Notes: a model not told the origin generated them from the letters alone. Positions 30,906 to 39,997 are shown, counted from the stretch's first letter. The stretch is 64,000 bases of DNA from an uncultured Thermoanaerobaculia bacterium (GCA_964590905.1 CAZPYU010000008.1:13935-77934); one strand, 5' to 3'. Translations and numbers: made by a program.

Positions 30906-31475
30906 TCAGCCGTTGAAGCGGTTCATCGTCGCTTCGATGCCGTCGCTGCACCAGCTCGCCGCGGCGGCGACGCCTCGTTCGATCAAGCGCTCGACCTCGT
31001 CGAGCTCCTCGACAGCAAAGGGCGCTAGCACGAACTCCGAGAGGTCGGTCGGCAGCTCGGCCGGAGCCGGCGGCCGAATCCCGAGACGCAGTCGGGGGAC
31101 GCTCTCCGACTCGAGATTCTCGACGATCGACTCCAGACCGCGATGGCCGCCGGGGCTGCCGAATGCGCGCAGCCGGACACGACCGAGCGGCAGAGCCACG
31201 TCGTCGTAGACCACCAGGCAGTGCTCCGGGGTCAGAGCGTAATGATCGGCGAGACAGGCGATCGCCCAGCCGCTGCGATTCATGTACAGGGTGGGCCGTG
31301 CCAGCAGCGTTTCGCCGGCGCTCGCCACGACAGCTCCGCACTCGTCCCAGTTCCCGCCCGCGCCCAGCTTCGCGCCTAGGCGCTCCACGACGGCGAAGCC
31401 GAGGTTGTGTCGGCTGTTGCGGTAGCGCTGACCGGGATTCCCGAGACCGACAACCAGGCGTTGCGGGATCAGGAC
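30906..31475 (-). CDS. pth: peptidyl-tRNA hydrolase
   Basis: LIPQRLVVGLGNPGQRYRNSRHNLGF... classic Pth N-terminus; start codon unresolved (no in-frame ATG/GTG/TTG after the rplY stop; see findings). Confidence 0.8.
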   Translation of the reverse strand, partial: VLIPQRLVVGLGNPGQRYRNSRHNLGFAVVERLGAKLGAGGNWDECGAVVASAGETLLARPTLYMNRSGWAIACLADHYALTPEHCLVVYDDVALPLGRVRLRAFGSPGGHRGLESIVENLESESVPRLRLGIRPPAPAELPTDLSEFVLAPFAVEELDEVERLIERGVAAAASWCSDGIEATMNRFNG

Positions 31476-32131
31476 TCCTTCGCCTCCTCCTTCTTGCCCC
31501 GCGCCACGACCTCGGGCTCGGCCGCCGCCTCGGTGGGCGCCACCGCGACCGGTGTCGCCACCTCTTCGGCGCGCGCGTGCTTGACCGAGGCGATCACTGC
31601 CTCGGGCGAGCCGAGGTAGACGACGTTCGCTGGGAGCTCGATCTGCCGCGCTTCGAGATGCTGCCCTATCTGAAGCTCCGAGACGTCGACCGAAATCGCG
31701 GCCGGAATCGCCGCAGGCAAGCATTCGATCTCCAGCTCGCGGGTCACGAAATCGAGGATGCCTCCCTCCGTCTTGACGCCGTGCGGGATGCCCTGGAGCT
31801 CGATGTGCACCTTGACCCGCAGCTTTCGATCCATCGCGATGCGCTGGAAATCGAGATGCGAGACTTCGCTGGTGACTGGGTTGACCTGTAGGTCGCGGAT
31901 CATCGCGTGGCGGCTCTGATCCGTCCCCGCCAAGCGGAGCAGAAAGATCCGGTTCTCGTGGCCACCCTTTTTGAACAGCTCGAGCAGCGTGCGCCGCGGC
32001 ACTTGGATGGCGACCGGCTCCCGCTCGCCGCCGTAGAGGACGGCCGGAATGAGATCTCGGCCGCGCAGGCGGCGGCTCGCCGCAGAACCGATCTGGTCGC
32101 GGCGGAGGACTTCGATGGTCGCTTCGGACAT
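31469..32131 (-). CDS. rplY: 50S ribosomal protein L25 / general stress protein Ctc
   Basis: 220 aa; L25 N-domain with long Ctc-type C-terminal extension rich in Ala/Glu/Pro. Confidence 0.85.
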   Translation of the reverse strand: MSEATIEVLRRDQIGSAASRRLRGRDLIPAVLYGGEREPVAIQVPRRTLLELFKKGGHENRIFLLRLAGTDQSRHAMIRDLQVNPVTSEVSHLDFQRIAMDRKLRVKVHIELQGIPHGVKTEGGILDFVTRELEIECLPAAIPAAISVDVSELQIGQHLEARQIELPANVVYLGSPEAVIASVKHARAEEVATPVAVAPTEAAAEPEVVARGKKEEAKES

Positions 32132-32157
32132 GGCGTTCTCTTTCGGAGAGTGTGAAG

Positions 32158-33153
32158 TCAGACGAAGAGCGAGGAGACGGAGCTGTTCTCGTGAATGCGA
32201 CGGATCGCCTCGCCCAGGAGCGGCGCGACCGACAGGGCGCGTAGTTTCGAGGTGCGCTGGAGCTTCTCCTCCATCGGGGTGGTGTTAGTAACCAGCACCA
32301 TCTCGACCGGCGATTTCTCGATCCGATCGAGCGCCGGGCCGGAGAGGACGCCGTGCACGCCCGCCGCGAGAACCCTGTTGGCGCCGCTCTCCTTGAGCGC
32401 CTCGACGGTCTTGCTGAGCGTGCCGGCGGTGTCGATGATGTCGTCGAGGATCAACGCATTGCGGCCGTCGACGTCGCCGATGATCCGCATCACCTCGGCG
32501 ACGTTGGGAGCCGTGCGGCGTTTGTCGACGATCGCCAGCCCGACCTCGAGGCGTTTGGCGATGGCGCGCGCGCGTTCGACGCCACCGGCGTCGGGCGAGA
32601 CGATGACCAGATCGGGGATGTTCATCTCGCGCAGCGCATCGAGGACCACCGGAGCGGCGAAGAGGTGGTCGACCGGCACGTCGAAGAAGCCCTGGATCTG
32701 CGCGGCGTGGAGATCCAGGGTCAAGACGCGGTCCGCGCCGGCGCGCGAGATGAGGTCGGCCACCAGCTTGGCGGTGATCGGTACCCTCGGCGCATCCTTC
32801 TTGTCTTGGCGCGCGTAGCCGTAGTACGGCAGCACCGCTGTGACCCGCGACGCCGACGAACGCTTGAAGGCGTCGAGCATGATCAGCAGCTCGATGAGGT
32901 TCTCGTTCACTGGGCTACAGGTCGGCTGGACGATGAAGATGTCGGAGCCGCGCACGTTCTCGTCGATCTGGCAGAACGTCTCGCCGTCGGAGAAGTTATG
33001 GGCCGACGAGCGCCCGAGCGGAAGCTCGAGGTAGTCGCAGATCTCGCGGGTCAGCGCCGGGTGCGCCCGTCCGCCGAAGATCTTGATCCCGCCGTAGGCG
33101 ACCGAGTTCCCCTTCACGGCGACAGCTCTTCCCGACGGGCTACGGCCCACCAC
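32158..33153 (-). CDS. prs: ribose-phosphate pyrophosphokinase
   Basis: FSDGE...VRG.D.FI.Q...P.N.NL.EL region and PRPP-binding VSPDAGGVERARAIA motif; start may be an internal codon. Confidence 0.9.
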   Translation of the reverse strand: MVGRSPSGRAVAVKGNSVAYGGIKIFGGRAHPALTREICDYLELPLGRSSAHNFSDGETFCQIDENVRGSDIFIVQPTCSPVNENLIELLIMLDAFKRSSASRVTAVLPYYGYARQDKKDAPRVPITAKLVADLISRAGADRVLTLDLHAAQIQGFFDVPVDHLFAAPVVLDALREMNIPDLVIVSPDAGGVERARAIAKRLEVGLAIVDKRRTAPNVAEVMRIIGDVDGRNALILDDIIDTAGTLSKTVEALKESGANRVLAAGVHGVLSGPALDRIEKSPVEMVLVTNTTPMEEKLQRTSKLRALSVAPLLGEAIRRIHENSSVSSLFV

Positions 33154-33169
33154 CCGCCTCCCGAGCGCA

Positions 33170-33244
33170 TGGCTGGGGCGGGAGGATTCGAACCTCCGAA
33201 TGGCGGATCCAAAGTCCGCTGCCTTACCGCTTGGCGACGCCCCA
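33170..33244 (-). tRNA. tRNA-Gln (anticodon UUG)
   Basis: Minus-strand UGGGGCGUCGCCAAGCGGUAAGGCAGCGGACUUUGGAUCCGCCAUUCGGAGGUUCGAAUCCUCCCGCCCCAGCCA folds as a cloverleaf with U1-A72 pair, 7-nt anticodon loop CUUUGGA, T-loop GGUUCGAAUCC, encoded CCA. Confidence 0.9.
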
Positions 33245-33272
33245 TTCGTTCGTCTCCCCGAGCGCGCGCCGC

Positions 33273-33650
33273 TCAGACCACTCCCCAGAAGCGATCGTCC
33301 AGGTGTCGGCGTTCGATCTGCTCGAGCGTGCCGGCCGCATCTGCGGACTCGAGCGGCAGCGCGAGCGGCGGCGAAATCTGCGGAACCGCTGCTACTCCTG
33401 TCTCGAGGGCACGATACTCGGCCAGGATTCGCTCCTCGAATCGATCGCGCGTCTCCTGATTCACGGGATGCGCAACATCTTTGAACTCGCCGTTGCGCTT
33501 CTTGCGGCTCGGCATGCTGATGAAGAGGCCGTCCTTCCCGCGCACGACGCGAATGTCGTTGACCATGAAGCAGCTATCGAGGACCACCGAAACGTAGGCC
33601 TTGAGCTTCTCGTCTTCGACCCGGAACACCCGCACGTGAGTGATCTCCAA
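33273..33650 (-). CDS. spoVG: septation protein SpoVG
   Basis: MEITHVRVFRVEDEKLKAYVSVVLDSCFMVNDIRVVRGKDGLFISMPSRKKRNGEFKDVAHP... with about 30-aa C-terminal extension. Confidence 0.85.
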   Translation of the reverse strand: MEITHVRVFRVEDEKLKAYVSVVLDSCFMVNDIRVVRGKDGLFISMPSRKKRNGEFKDVAHPVNQETRDRFEERILAEYRALETGVAAVPQISPPLALPLESADAAGTLEQIERRHLDDRFWGVV

Positions 33651-33651
33651 C

Positions 33652-34566
33652 TTAGCGTCCTCCTGCGACCGTTTCGAAGCCGCTCGCCCTTTGCCAGGCG
33701 GCCCGGCCGAGCGTCGAAACTCGCTGCCAGACAGTTCCCGACGGTAGTTCGGCGGCTGCTCCCCGCGCGGTCTCCCGATCGTCGAAGAGCGCGAAGAGCG
33801 TCGATCCGCTCCCCGACATCCGCACCTTCCGCGCCCCTGATCGGGTCAGCGCAGTATACAACGCGCCCTGCTCCGGGCGGATCCGAAAGGCGGGCTCCTC
33901 GAGGTCGTTGCGGCCGATCCAGTCCGCGACAGTGCGCGCTCTCCGACCCAGTCGGGCCGCCTCGATGCGAGGATCGGGCGCCGAATTCTCGGGTGGCGCT
34001 GCAAGGGCTGAGAAGACGTCCCGCGTCGCCGTCCGCCAGGGCGGAATCGCTAGCCAGATCTCCTCGGATCCGCTGTCGGGGTCTTCGAGCGCGACCAGTT
34101 CGTCTCCGCGACCCAGCCCGAGCGCCGTCCCTCCCAGCAGGAAGAACGGCACGTCGGCGCCGATCTCACGGGCGGCGGAGGCGAGCCACTCGGGGTCGAC
34201 CGGGCGCTCGCAAAGCGTCGATAGGCCGAGAAGAACCGTCGCGGCATTCGCGCTGCCGCCCCCGAGCCCGCCCCCGATCGGGATCCGCTTATGCAGCCGG
34301 ATCCGAACTCCGCGCCCTCCGCGCTCCCAAGCGTCGAGAAAGATGCGGGCGGCACGCACCGCCAGATTGGACTCGTCGGTCGGCAGCACCGCGCCGAGAA
34401 CTTCGAGCTCGATCCGGCGAGCCGGCGAGACGGTCGACTCGAGCTCGATCGTGTCGGCGAGATCGATCGTCTGAAAGAGGGTGCGGAGGTCGTGGAAGCC
34501 GTCCGGTCGCCTCCGCACGACTTCGAGATGCAGATTGAGTTTGGCGAAGCTACGAAAGGTCGACAT
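33652..34566 (-). CDS. ispE: 4-diphosphocytidyl-2-C-methyl-D-erythritol kinase
   Basis: GHMP kinase motif PIGGGLGGGSANAA; AKLNLHL N-terminus. Confidence 0.85.
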   Translation of the reverse strand: MSTFRSFAKLNLHLEVVRRRPDGFHDLRTLFQTIDLADTIELESTVSPARRIELEVLGAVLPTDESNLAVRAARIFLDAWERGGRGVRIRLHKRIPIGGGLGGGSANAATVLLGLSTLCERPVDPEWLASAAREIGADVPFFLLGGTALGLGRGDELVALEDPDSGSEEIWLAIPPWRTATRDVFSALAAPPENSAPDPRIEAARLGRRARTVADWIGRNDLEEPAFRIRPEQGALYTALTRSGARKVRMSGSGSTLFALFDDRETARGAAAELPSGTVWQRVSTLGRAAWQRASGFETVAGGR

Positions 34567-35278
34567 CTCGACAGCTCGATGCGCTGACCTCCGGAGCGGC
34601 GAGAGATCGCGGTGGCAAGGTCAGCCTCCCGCCGGCGGCCGGTCGCCAAACGAGCCCCACTCCGCGTGCCGGCAACTCTAGGCGAAACCTGTCGCCCTGC
34701 CTTTGCCAAGTCACCGACGCCGCTTGATCGCCCTCGAGACGCCAAGCGAGGAGCTCGCCGCCGCGGCGCTCGACCTGCCACCTCCGACCGTCGACGCCCA
34801 CGAAAGCGAAAGAGCCGTCACGCGACAGCAGCGCATCCTGCCCGCTGCTGTTCGGCTCCTCCGGCAGGGAGCCGAGCAGCACCGAAGGCAGCGCTCGGGC
34901 CGCGAGCGGAAGCTCGAGCTGCGGTAGTGCGATCGGGAGATCGGCCGCGAACCAGCAGCCGGCGTCGCCGCTAGAGCTCGAGAATCGCCCACGGGCGCCG
35001 TCGATCTCGATGCGCCAGAGCCGGCGTCCGATGAGATCGGTGGCGGTGAGCTCGAACCGCTCTCGGCTCCAGCGCCGGAGCGTCAAACGGAAGGCGGTTC
35101 GCTCGCCCTCCGTCTCGGCCTCCACCCGAAAGAGGTGCTGCCACGGGAGCGCCTCCTCGGCGAGGCCCTGCGGCTCGGCCGCACTCTCCAACGGTGCCGG
35201 CCTGGCGCTCCGACAACCGCTCGTGAGAAGGAGCGCGCCGCACAAGAGCGCTCCCGAGAGCAATCCGCTGCCGCGCAG
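34550..35278 (-). CDS. putative outer-membrane lipoprotein (LolB-like by position upstream of ispE)
   Basis: Lipobox LLLTSGC then about 220-aa domain; start codon uncertain (no ATG/GTG/TTG immediately before the signal peptide; ORF frame overlaps the upstream TPR gene). Confidence 0.5.
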   Translation of the reverse strand: MRGSGLLSGALLCGALLLTSGCRSARPAPLESAAEPQGLAEEALPWQHLFRVEAETEGERTAFRLTLRRWSRERFELTATDLIGRRLWRIEIDGARGRFSSSSGDAGCWFAADLPIALPQLELPLAARALPSVLLGSLPEEPNSSGQDALLSRDGSFAFVGVDGRRWQVERRGGELLAWRLEGDQAASVTWQRQGDRFRLELPARGVGLVWRPAAGGRLTLPPRSLAAPEVSASSCRDVDLS

Positions 35279-35279
35279 G

Positions 35280-37172
35280 TCAGGACTCTCCGGAGAGGTT
35301 GGCCAACTTCCTCGACAGCTCCTCCGCTTCGGCGTGACCGAGCTCCATGGCGCGGCGATAGGCAGACCGAGCTCCATCGGCATCGCCTTGCGCCGCGCGC
35401 GCATCGCCCAGATGCTCTTGGATCGTCGCATCGCTCGGCAAGAGCCGCGCCGCTCGCTCGAGGTAGCGGACTGCGTTGTCGAACGCTCCGAGCTTGAAGT
35501 AACCCCAGCCAAGGCTATCGACGTAGGCACCGTTGTCGGGCTCGATCCGTACCGCCTCTCGAACCAGGCCCACCGCCTCCTCCAGATTCTCGGAGCGCTC
35601 GATCCAGACGTAACCGAGATAGTTGAGGGCCGGAGCAAGACGGGGAACGCGACTCACCAGCTCCCTGAAGAGCGCCACGGCCGCGTCGACTCGGCCGAGC
35701 CGCTCGTAGCAGGAGGCGAGCCGAAAGGTCGCCTCGATCGAATCCGGAAACTCCTGCCGCGCCACTTCGAGAAGCGGCGCCGCGGCCGCGCATCTCCCCC
35801 ACTCATGCAGCGTCGCGCCCACCGCGAGCTCGCCAGACGGCATCGCCCCCAGCAGCCGCTTCTGTTCGAGCGCCGCGTCGTCGAATCGTCGCGCCGCGAG
35901 AAGGAGGTCGAGCTTGAGGGTAGCCAATTCGGAGCGCAACGGGTCGGTTTCCGACGCGAGCTCGAGCGCCTCCTCGACGCGACCTTCCGCAACCAGAGCG
36001 CGCGCTGCGAGCCGCAGGCCGGCCTCGGCGATGCGCTGGTCGGAAGCCTCTGCCAGCTGGCGCGCCAGCCGAGCCCCCTCCGCGTTCTCTCCGGCGCGCA
36101 GAGCGAGCCGCGCCAGATCGAGCGCTGTGGCCGCCGCCAGGCTCGCCTGTCCGGCGCGCTCGTACCCGTCGCGGCGCTCCTCGAGCACCTGCGCCGCACC
36201 GCGGTAGTCGCCGCGCCCTTCCCGGATGCGAACCAGGAGCTCGGCGATCTGCGCCTCTTCTGCAGCGCGCGGTGCCAGCGGCTCGAGCACCGACTCCGCT
36301 TCCGCGAAGCGACCAAGAGCGGCGCCGATTCGCGCCAGGAGCAAGCGTCCCGAGACCAGGTCGGGGCGCTCGGAGACGACGCCCTCGGCAAGCGGCAGAG
36401 CTCGTTCGGCGTCGCCGGCGAGAAAGAGCTGTCGAGCGAGCCGTTCGCGCACGTCGACCCGCTCACGCTGAGCAGCGGGAGACTCCTCCAAGATAGCGAC
36501 GGCCTCGGCGTTCTCACCCCGACGGGCAAGCCTTTCGACGAGCTCGAAGCGCGCCGCGAGATTTGCCGCATCGCGACGCAGCAGCTCGCGTTGGATCTCC
36601 TCGGCCGCCGCCGTATCGCCACCCGCGCCGAGCGCTCTAGAGCGCAAAGATTCAATCCAGCCGTTGCCGGGACGCAGGCGCACCGCTTCGTCGAGGAGCT
36701 CGGTCGCGAGTCGAGCCTGGCCGCCAGCGAGATAGATCTGGGCGAGGGAGACGAGCAGCTCGACGTCGTCTGGGGATCGCTTGCGCAGCTCTTCGAAAGC
36801 GGCGCGCGCCGCGCCGAGCGCGGCGGGATCGCGCTCGCTGCGCGCCATTTCGATGCGACCTCGGAGCCGCAGCGCGTCGGGCTCGCCGGGCATCGCGAGG
36901 AGGGCCCGGCTCGCGGCCTGGCTCGCCTCGTCGAGCCGCCCGAGCTCGAGGAGGTAGCGCGCCAGCTCGAGCTCGAGGTAAGGCTCCGTCGGAGCCGCAG
37001 CCACCGCTCGCTCGAGCTCGGCGAGCGCCGCCGCGGCGTCGCCTTCGGCGCGCAGCGTGCCGGCCAGGAGGTAACGTAGCGCCGGGCTGTCGTCTTGTTG
37101 CTCAGAGGCGAGCGAGGCCGAACCGGTCAGCGCCGCGAGAAGGAAGACCCAGCGCCTCATGCTCTGAATCAT
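35280..37172 (-). CDS. secreted tetratricopeptide-repeat (TPR) protein
   Basis: Signal peptide MIQSMRRWVFLLAALTGSASLA then about 15 TPR-like repeats over 630 aa. Confidence 0.7.
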   Translation of the reverse strand: MIQSMRRWVFLLAALTGSASLASEQQDDSPALRYLLAGTLRAEGDAAAALAELERAVAAAPTEPYLELELARYLLELGRLDEASQAASRALLAMPGEPDALRLRGRIEMARSERDPAALGAARAAFEELRKRSPDDVELLVSLAQIYLAGGQARLATELLDEAVRLRPGNGWIESLRSRALGAGGDTAAAEEIQRELLRRDAANLAARFELVERLARRGENAEAVAILEESPAAQRERVDVRERLARQLFLAGDAERALPLAEGVVSERPDLVSGRLLLARIGAALGRFAEAESVLEPLAPRAAEEAQIAELLVRIREGRGDYRGAAQVLEERRDGYERAGQASLAAATALDLARLALRAGENAEGARLARQLAEASDQRIAEAGLRLAARALVAEGRVEEALELASETDPLRSELATLKLDLLLAARRFDDAALEQKRLLGAMPSGELAVGATLHEWGRCAAAAPLLEVARQEFPDSIEATFRLASCYERLGRVDAAVALFRELVSRVPRLAPALNYLGYVWIERSENLEEAVGLVREAVRIEPDNGAYVDSLGWGYFKLGAFDNAVRYLERAARLLPSDATIQEHLGDARAAQGDADGARSAYRRAMELGHAEAEELSRKLANLSGES

Positions 37173-37259
37173 AGCTGCCTTTTCCTTTACAGGCGGACGC
37201 TCGGCCAGTAGGATGTCGAGCGAGTAAAGCGATTCCGATTCAACGAGTTGTGAGTCGAG

Positions 37260-38543
37260 ATGAAGCTCTCCAAGAGCACTCAACCGAAGCTCGGCGATCT
37301 CCTCGAGGCCCGCGGCCAGTTGGGCCGAGACATCCTCATGCGCGCCCTCCGATTACAGCGCACGGCTGGCGGCCGGTTCGGAACCGCCCTGCTCGATCTC
37401 GACGCCATCAGCGAGGACGATCTGCTCCACGTGCTCTCCGATCAGCAGAAAGTACCGTTCACGGCCCCAGAGGATCTGCGCACGATCCCGGAAGAGATTC
37501 TCAAGTTGGTGCCGGAGAAGGTGGCGAGGAAACGGTTCGCAGTGCCTCTGCGCGCCAGCGGGACGCAGCTGACCGTAGCAATGCGGGACCCGCGCGATCT
37601 CGGCGCGCTCGACGACCTCGCCTTCGTGAGCGGGCGCCGAGTGCGGCCTCAGATCGCCACCGAGGTCCGAATCCTCGAAGCGCTCGGAAAGTTCTACAGC
37701 GTCGAGGTTCCAGACCGCTTCGTCAAGCTGCTCGATCGGCTGAATCGAGCGCGATTTCTCTGGTCGCGCGAGCCGATCGCCTCGGACCAGCCGGCGCTTC
37801 AAGCCGAGCTTCCTCGGCTCGAAATGCCGGCGCCTTCGGAAGCAGAGGGACCCGGGGGCTCGTCGCCGGCGCGACCCAGCCCATTCGACCTCCCGACTCC
37901 CGTACCGCCCAGGCCGCTGCCACTGCCAGCACCGCTACCGGTCGCGCCGCCTCAGGCGCCGCCTCAGGCACCGCCTCAGGCACCGCCTCAGGCACCATCT
38001 CCACCGGCCGCGCCCTCGCCGCTTGCGGCTCTGCTGCCCTCCCACCCGCCACTACTCTCCTTCCTCGAGGCTGAGGAGCAACTGCTCCGCTTCGCCGAGC
38101 GCGACGACATTGGCCGCGCGCTGATCGCGTTCGCGCGCGGCCGCTGCTCCTTCGCGTTGCTCCTCATGGTTCGTCGTAACGAGGCCACCGGCTGGATGGG
38201 GTTCGGACCCGAGGGCGACGAGGAGCTGGCCGGCGCCTTCTCGATCCGTCTCGAACAGCCTTCGTTCGTGCGCGATTTTCGCGACGGTGGCGGGCTGCTT
38301 CGCGGCGAGCTCGCCGCGCTGCCGTCGCACGCCGAGATTCGCTCGCTCCTCGAAACCAACTCCGCCGCCGACCTGCTCGCCCTGCCGTTGCGGGCGCGAA
38401 ATCGCTTGGCAGCCGCGCTCGTGATGACGCGCCAGGAGTCGAAGTTCGAGCCTGAGGTCGTGAAGGAGTTCGAGCGCCTCGCAACGAAGGCGGCGCTGGC
38501 GTTCGAGCTCGCAGTCCTGCGGCAGAAGACGCAGCACGCATGA
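37260..38543 (+). CDS. MshEN (T2SSE_N)-domain c-di-GMP-receptor-like protein with Pro-rich linker and GAF-like C-terminal domain
   Basis: Two tandem 24-aa motifs KLGDLLEARGQLGRDILMRALRLQ / RFGTALLDLDAISEDDLLHVLSDQ match the MshEN c-di-GMP-binding consensus; (APPQ)4 linker; C-terminal about 150 aa GAF-like. Confidence 0.65.
   Translation: MKLSKSTQPKLGDLLEARGQLGRDILMRALRLQRTAGGRFGTALLDLDAISEDDLLHVLSDQQKVPFTAPEDLRTIPEEILKLVPEKVARKRFAVPLRASGTQLTVAMRDPRDLGALDDLAFVSGRRVRPQIATEVRILEALGKFYSVEVPDRFVKLLDRLNRARFLWSREPIASDQPALQAELPRLEMPAPSEAEGPGGSSPARPSPFDLPTPVPPRPLPLPAPLPVAPPQAPPQAPPQAPPQAPSPPAAPSPLAALLPSHPPLLSFLEAEEQLLRFAERDDIGRALIAFARGRCSFALLLMVRRNEATGWMGFGPEGDEELAGAFSIRLEQPSFVRDFRDGGGLLRGELAALPSHAEIRSLLETNSAADLLALPLRARNRLAAALVMTRQESKFEPEVVKEFERLATKAALAFELAVLRQKTQHA
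37945..37996 (+). repeat. 12-bp tandem repeat (4 copies, gcRccgcctcag) encoding (APPQ)n inside the MshEN-like gene
   Basis: Directly visible: gccgcctcaggcgccgcctcaggcaccgcctcaggcaccgcctcaggcacc. Confidence 0.8.
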
Positions 38544-38566
38544 GCGGCGTCGAGCCCGAGGATTCG

Positions 38567-38595
38567 TTGACAGGGCACCGGTGCTTGCGTAGTCT
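38567..38595 (+). promoter_or_regulatory. candidate sigma70-type promoter for the downstream HU/IHF gene
   Basis: TTGACA (38567-38572), 17-nt spacer, TAGTCT (38590-38595), about 20 nt before the ATG at 38617. Confidence 0.35.
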
Positions 38596-38616
38596 CGCCG
38601 CGAGGCCCAACGAGCG

Positions 38617-38883
38617 ATGATCAAGGCGGACATCGTCAACCGCGTGGCGGAGCTTTCGAACGTCCCGCGGATCAAGGCGGTCGAGGCCGTCGACACCATC
38701 TTCCACTCGATGAAAACGGCGCTCTGCGCTAGCCGGCGCATCGAGCTGCGCGGCTTCGGAGTCTTCCAGGTACGCGATCGCAAGAAGGGAGTCGGGCGAA
38801 ACCCGAAGACCGGAGTCGAGGTTGCCATTACTCCCGGCAGAACCGTGCGCTTCAAGCCTGGCAAGGACCTCAAGAACCTCTGA
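38617..38883 (+). CDS. HU/IHF-family DNA-binding protein (IHF-alpha-like)
   Basis: 88 aa; RGFGVFQVRDRKKGVGRNPKTGVEVAITPGRTVRFKPGKDLK arm region. Confidence 0.85.
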   Translation: MIKADIVNRVAELSNVPRIKAVEAVDTIFHSMKTALCASRRIELRGFGVFQVRDRKKGVGRNPKTGVEVAITPGRTVRFKPGKDLKNL

Positions 38884-39967
38884 CCGGCTCAACCGGTCCC
38901 CTCGCCTGCGTTCTACTTCGGTCTTCTCCGCGCTCTCCCCACCCCCGGCCGCTCGGCTGTCGGGATGGAGCGTCGGACTGGCTCTCGTCCTCTTCGCCCT
39001 CACCCTCTTTTCGACGATCACGCTCGGGGGCGCCTGGACCGTGTTGCTGCGCGCCGACACGGTGACCGATCTCGATCCGATCCTTTCGCGCCACACGGTG
39101 CGGCGGGTCTGGAACGATCGCGATCTTCTGATCCCCGGAGTGCTCTTTGCTCTCCCGACGCTGTTCATCCTGCTCTGCCACGAGCTGGGGCACTGGCTGG
39201 CCTGCCGCCATCATCGTCTGGCGACGTCGCCGCCCTTCTTCCTGCCTGCGCCGGTCGGTCTCGGAACGTTCGGAGCGTTCATTCACATCCGCTCGCCGAT
39301 GCGCTCCAAGCGCGAGCTGTTCGATGTCGGAGTCTGGGGGCCGATCGCCGGCTTTCTCGCTCTGTTGCCGATTCTTTGTCTCGGTGTGGCGCTCTCACCG
39401 CCGGTCTCCGGCATGACGACCCACGCCGAGGAGAGCACGACCGCACGATTGCAGCTCGGCGACAGCCTGCTGGTCGAAGCGCTGGTCTACCTCGTGCACG
39501 GCGAGCTCGCAGAAGGGTCCACGGTGAACCCGCATCCGTTCCTGCTCGCAGGATGGGTAGGGCTCTGCGCCACGATGCTGAATCTCATCCCGCTAGCGCG
39601 TTTGGACGGCGGCCACCTTCTCTACGCCCTGGTCGGCCGCTTCCAGCGCCCCCTCGTCTGGCTGATCTGGGCAGGCATCGTGGCGCTGGGGGCGGTCTGG
39701 ATCGGGTGGTGGATCTTCAGCCTTTTCGTGCTCTTTCTTGGCATGCATCACCCACGGGTCGACGACGAGAGCTCCCCTCTCGATCCGCTCCGCAAGTGCC
39801 TAGCCGGAGTCGCGTTGGCGATCTTGGTCCTCGGTTTCATGCCGGCGCCGCTGCGCTTCGCCTCGATCGGCCCGCTCGGAGGCGACAGTCCGCTCGCCGC
39901 GATCGATGGCCCCGACCTGCTCGCCGGCGACTTCGACCGGCGCCCGCGCCACGCGCTGAAGGATTAG
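38822..39967 (+). CDS. M50 family (site-2 protease-like) membrane metalloprotease
   Basis: HELGHW zinc motif within a TM helix, NLIPLARLDGGH second motif, multiple TM helices; start uncertain (ATG at 38822 overlaps the HU gene in another frame; later GTG codons are possible). Confidence 0.7.
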   Translation: MPLLPAEPCASSLARTSRTSDRLNRSPRLRSTSVFSALSPPPAARLSGWSVGLALVLFALTLFSTITLGGAWTVLLRADTVTDLDPILSRHTVRRVWNDRDLLIPGVLFALPTLFILLCHELGHWLACRHHRLATSPPFFLPAPVGLGTFGAFIHIRSPMRSKRELFDVGVWGPIAGFLALLPILCLGVALSPPVSGMTTHAEESTTARLQLGDSLLVEALVYLVHGELAEGSTVNPHPFLLAGWVGLCATMLNLIPLARLDGGHLLYALVGRFQRPLVWLIWAGIVALGAVWIGWWIFSLFVLFLGMHHPRVDDESSPLDPLRKCLAGVALAILVLGFMPAPLRFASIGPLGGDSPLAAIDGPDLLAGDFDRRPRHALKD

Positions 39968-39997
39968 ACGCACCGATTTCGTCTTCTCTTACTCAGG

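Noticed and set aside
35010-37079. 689-aa plus-strand ORF antisense to the secreted TPR protein
   Set aside because: No recognisable domains. The TPR reading frame has a signal peptide and a regular repeat structure.
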